Origin: an uncultured Candidatus Saccharibacteria bacterium
GTDB taxonomy: Bacteria > Patescibacteriota > Minisyncoccia > Phycocordibacterales > PALSA-1337
DNA: 64,000 nt
Assembly (NCBI GenBank): GCA_964412585.1
Contig: CAYPPJ010000001.1
Coordinates: 84,151-148,150 of the forward strand
Reading direction: 5' to 3'
Numbering within the stretch: the first letter of the stretch is position 1; each line of letters begins with the position of its first letter. The notes beneath the pieces are model-generated. The model ran no database searches. It was not told where the DNA came from and saw nothing but the letters and a program-made list of their open reading frames with translations. The translations under genes and the position numbers were made by a program. Of this stretch, positions 62,506-64,000 are shown one piece after another.

Positions 62506-63813
62506 ATGTCAAAAGACATGAAAAAACTCAGTACTAATGCCTACAAGGGCGTCCGAGACTTCTTCCCTCCTGAAATGGCAGTGGAGAAGCAGATTTTTGA
62601 TATCTGGAGAAAGACCGTCGAAAAGTACGGATATGAAGAATACGGTGCATCAGTCCTCGAGCCAGCCGAACTCTACAAAGCAAAATCAGGTGACGAGATC
62701 GTGAACGAGCAGACCTATACATTTACCGACCGTGGAGATCGTGAAGTCACCCTCCGACCAGAGATGACACCAAGTCTTGCTCGTATGGTTGCCGCTCGCA
62801 AGCGAGAACTTGTCTTTCCTCTCCGTTGGTACTCCATCCCGAATCTCTTCCGCTACGAACAGCCACAGCGTGGACGTGTCCGCGAACATTGGCAGCTCAA
62901 TGTTGATATTTTTGGAGTTGAGTCTATCGCTGCAGAAATAGAAGCCATCTCAATTGCGTGTGATATTACACGCGCGTACGGTCTCAAGGACAGCGACTTT
63001 GAGGTGCGCATCAACAATCGCAAGGTCATGAACTATGTGACTCGCGATGTTTTTGGCTTGGACGAGGGTGCAGCACAGACTATTTCAAAACTTATTGATA
63101 AAAAGGACAAAGTGAAACCAGAATGGTTCGAGGCGGCCGCAACAGAAGTGCTCGGTGACAAGACAAAGCAATTTTTGACATTACTCAATTCAAAAAACTT
63201 TGAAGAGTTTGCCTCGAGCCTTCCACAGACTACCGACGAACATGTTGGTCTCAAAGAGATTCGCGAAGTCATCGCCGGGTTGGAGCGCCTCGGGATTACC
63301 AATGCGCGCTTTGATCAAACACTGATGCGCGGATTTGACTATTACACAGGCATCGTCTTTGAAGTCTATGACCTCAACCCGCTCAACCGTCGCTCAGTAT
63401 TTGGCGGAGGCCGTTATGATGATTTGCTTTCCCTTTTTGGTAATGAAAAAGTTCCAGCCGTTGGTTTTGGAGCCGGCGACGTTATTGCACGTGACCTGAT
63501 GGAAACATACAACACCGTTCCAATGACAAGTGTGTCTGCTGATGTTGCCCTTTGTGTCGTTGGTGACCAAAATACTCCTTACGCACTCGAAGTCGCTCAG
63601 TCACTACGAAATAGGAATATTCGTGTTGCTATCGACCTTTCTAATAAAAAGCTTGGTGACCAAATAAAAAATGCTGACAAGCGTAGCATTCCTCGCATTA
63701 TATGCATTGGGGACGAAGAAGTTAAAAATGGCAAACTCCGCATGAAGATACTGGCTACCGGAGAAGAGCTGTCTGGAACTGACGAAGAATTGGCGCGCAC
63801 TATTCGGGTATAG
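62506..63813 (+). CDS. hisS: Histidyl-tRNA synthetase
   Basis: Class II motif 1, motif 2 (FRYEQPQRGRVREHWQ), the HisA/HisB histidine-binding regions (GGGRYD, GFGAGDV) and a C-terminal anticodon-binding domain. Confidence 0.9.
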   Translation: MSKDMKKLSTNAYKGVRDFFPPEMAVEKQIFDIWRKTVEKYGYEEYGASVLEPAELYKAKSGDEIVNEQTYTFTDRGDREVTLRPEMTPSLARMVAARKRELVFPLRWYSIPNLFRYEQPQRGRVREHWQLNVDIFGVESIAAEIEAISIACDITRAYGLKDSDFEVRINNRKVMNYVTRDVFGLDEGAAQTISKLIDKKDKVKPEWFEAAATEVLGDKTKQFLTLLNSKNFEEFASSLPQTTDEHVGLKEIREVIAGLERLGITNARFDQTLMRGFDYYTGIVFEVYDLNPLNRRSVFGGGRYDDLLSLFGNEKVPAVGFGAGDVIARDLMETYNTVPMTSVSADVALCVVGDQNTPYALEVAQSLRNRNIRVAIDLSNKKLGDQIKNADKRSIPRIICIGDEEVKNGKLRMKILATGEELSGTDEELARTIRV

Positions 63814-63888
63814 TCCCCAATACTGCAATTTGACAGGAAAATAGGCTTGGGGCATGATTAATGCCGAACAGCTTAACAACGGAATAGC

Positions 63889-64000
63889 TTATGAACAAAC
63901 CCCATTCCAGCCGGATTATTGTTGCCGGTTGTGCCCAAATGGCCTATGTCTCCGGTGCACTTGAACGTACACTGCCAGACTACGATTGCGCACTGATGTA
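63889..64000 (+). CDS. 5' end of a plus-strand gene, function unknown (truncated by the window edge)
   Basis: ATG at 63889 with an open frame to the window end. MNKPHSSRIIVAGCAQMAYVSGALERTLPDYDCALM has Rossmann-like Gly/Ala-rich N-terminal character. Confidence 0.3.

Noticed and set aside
1-64000. CRISPR arrays, rRNA genes, transposases or integrases, prophage blocks
   Set aside because: I found no array of short direct repeats with unique spacers, no 16S, 23S or 5S signature stretches, and no transposase or integrase motif in any frame. Apart from small higher-GC islets the window looks like a chromosomal core region.

Overview
This is a dense bacterial chromosomal window of roughly 43-45% GC carrying mostly housekeeping genes. 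It contains six aminoacyl-tRNA synthetases, two MreB paralogs, an mreB-mreC-mreD-mrdA rod-shape operon, murA, rseP, frr, holB, priA, def-fmt, hpf, dnaB, recR, rplU, rmuC, ychF, greA, mnmA and mltG. The reduced domain architectures fit a small-genome, possibly CPR/Patescibacteria-like organism, but that lineage is my inference. I found one tRNA (tRNA-Asn, GTT) and no rRNA, CRISPR array, transposase or integrase.

The observations I think most deserve a second look are:
1. LeuRS is 1352 aa and carries three insertions that look like nucleotide-pyrophosphatase domains: two NUDIX domains and one Ham1/ITPase-like domain.
2. A cupin phosphomannose isomerase, three GH130 domains in two genes and a eukaryotic-type HAD phosphomannomutase sit together. 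This looks like a beta-mannoside phosphorolysis cluster.
3. Two promoter/terminator-bounded loci lack ORFs but have strong hairpins and read as structured ncRNA candidates (13.66-14.18 kb and 60.62-60.86 kb). I could not match either to RNase P, tmRNA or SRP motifs.
4. The PriA homolog has lost both Walker A and Walker B and is predicted to be ATPase-dead.
5. A Fur-family regulator, a CooC-like ATPase and a cysteine-synthase-like PLP enzyme fused to rhodanese form a compact module.
6. Several short higher-GC islets of hypothetical genes interrupt the backbone. One islet contains two Shine-Dalgarno-led small membrane peptides.
7. A GAGATTAGTAAT-NAGTAAT motif recurs in three intergenic regions.
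8. A perfect 25-bp inverted repeat abuts what looks like a leaderless hisS promoter.
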